From contig OZ024743.1 of assembly GCA_964016885.1 (NCBI GenBank), positions 295,120,001 through 295,184,000 of the forward strand: a DNA stretch of 64,000 bases. The letters run 5' to 3'. Each line of letters opens with the position of its first letter. Position 1 is the first letter of the stretch. The notes below the pieces were generated by a model. It saw only the letters and a list, made by a program, of their open reading frames with translations. It searched no databases and was not told where the DNA came from. The translations under genes were made by a program, and so were the position numbers. The stretch comes from Eledone cirrhosa. Lineage: Eukaryota. Positions 62,882-64,000 of the stretch are shown in pieces.

Positions 62882-63755
62882 TAATGTATAAAAATCAATA
62901 CAATATAATTACCTCATTACCAGAGGTTTCCCGAATGAGGCGAATACGAAAGAAACGTCTTCATTCGTTCGTCAGACGAGGCAATATAAAACATGGGTAA
63001 ATACTTGGAAAGTCTCGTCAAGAAAATCAAAAAAAGATATAGGCAAATGAATTAGAAATTGAAATATATAAAAATCTATCAAGAAATATAGTTAGGTGTG
63101 TGCATATGTATGTATATACGCTCACAGATGTGCATATATGTGTATGCACACATGTATACGTATAGTGAAAAAGTGTGCGTAAATATAAAATTTAGGGCAA
63201 ATGTATCCGTATGTCTGTAATCTACAGACGGAATAGATACATCATAAAAAATTAAATATGAAGGCGCGCGCATAAACACACCTACACACACGTACACTTA
63301 GATGCGGAAGTAAAAGAGGTAAGGGAGTGTAATAATTAAAGGGAAGTATCAATCTCGATATATTTATAAAAATGGAACAATAAAATAGAAAGAAAAAAGG
63401 TTTTAGAAAGAAAAAATTAAAGAAAAGAAGACAAAAAAGGGGTACATACATACACACACACGCATATCTCACAAAAGAAACGCAAAAATATACATGCTTA
63501 TATACACACGCACACTTACACATCCATACGTTCGATACGTACATACACACACACACAACACTCATACTTACACTCACGCATATTGACCTGTTTGCATGCA
63601 CACGCATAAAAATGAGTAAGTAGAAAAAAGGGGGGGAGAAGAAAAAAGGAACAAAACATAAAACCTAGATGTCAAAACACGGTTATAAAGACACATGCAC
63701 ATACGCATAATATATACATACACACACACACATACATACATATATAAACATACAC

Positions 63756-63813
<58 letters not shown>

Positions 63814-64000
63814 GCACGCGCGCGCACATACGTAGTCGCTCATGCACATATATAGAAAGTATACACACATTAAGGCGTTCAGCCATATTGATACAGGGTG
63901 TAAAAAACTTGTGGATAAGTAAGTACAAATATAAAATTGTATGATTGGCTGCGCAAAAATAAAAAAATAAATAAAAATAAAAATGAAAAATATATCTGGA
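62882..64000 (-). mobile_element. Diverged copy of the PLE family P1 3' region (runs off window end)
   Basis: Colinear with 5442-6575, including the HHR motif at 62906-62985. Confidence 0.85.

Overview
AT-rich, microsatellite-dense animal DNA. It is most likely an octopod cephalopod (inferred from repeated copies of an Octopus-type tRNA-derived SINE). I recognise no host protein-coding exon, tRNA, rRNA or CRISPR; nearly all long ORF calls outside transposons are (TA)n/(CA)n/(GA)n artefacts. The window is mostly decayed mobile DNA: one full-length Gypsy LTR element (11298-16669), a Tc1 deletion derivative, two long R4/Dong-type LINEs, a Tx1/L1-type LINE lacking its RT, a near-complete RTE LINE with a PHD-type finger inside its RT, SINEs and older fossils. 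The most notable signal is a dense set of Penelope-like element (PLE) insertions in (TA)n tracts, mostly with the tail-out inverted pseudo-LTR layout. Their repeats fold by eye into about eight different type-I hammerhead ribozyme (HHR) motifs. Several have non-canonical features shared between copies: a CAGAAGA core, a U3-A8 core, a putative loop-III pseudoknot, very long stem II, and a 300-bp double-ribozyme palindrome. A further family has a conserved multi-hairpin 3' RNA motif with no standard HHR. All RNA folds were derived by hand, and none is shown to be active.
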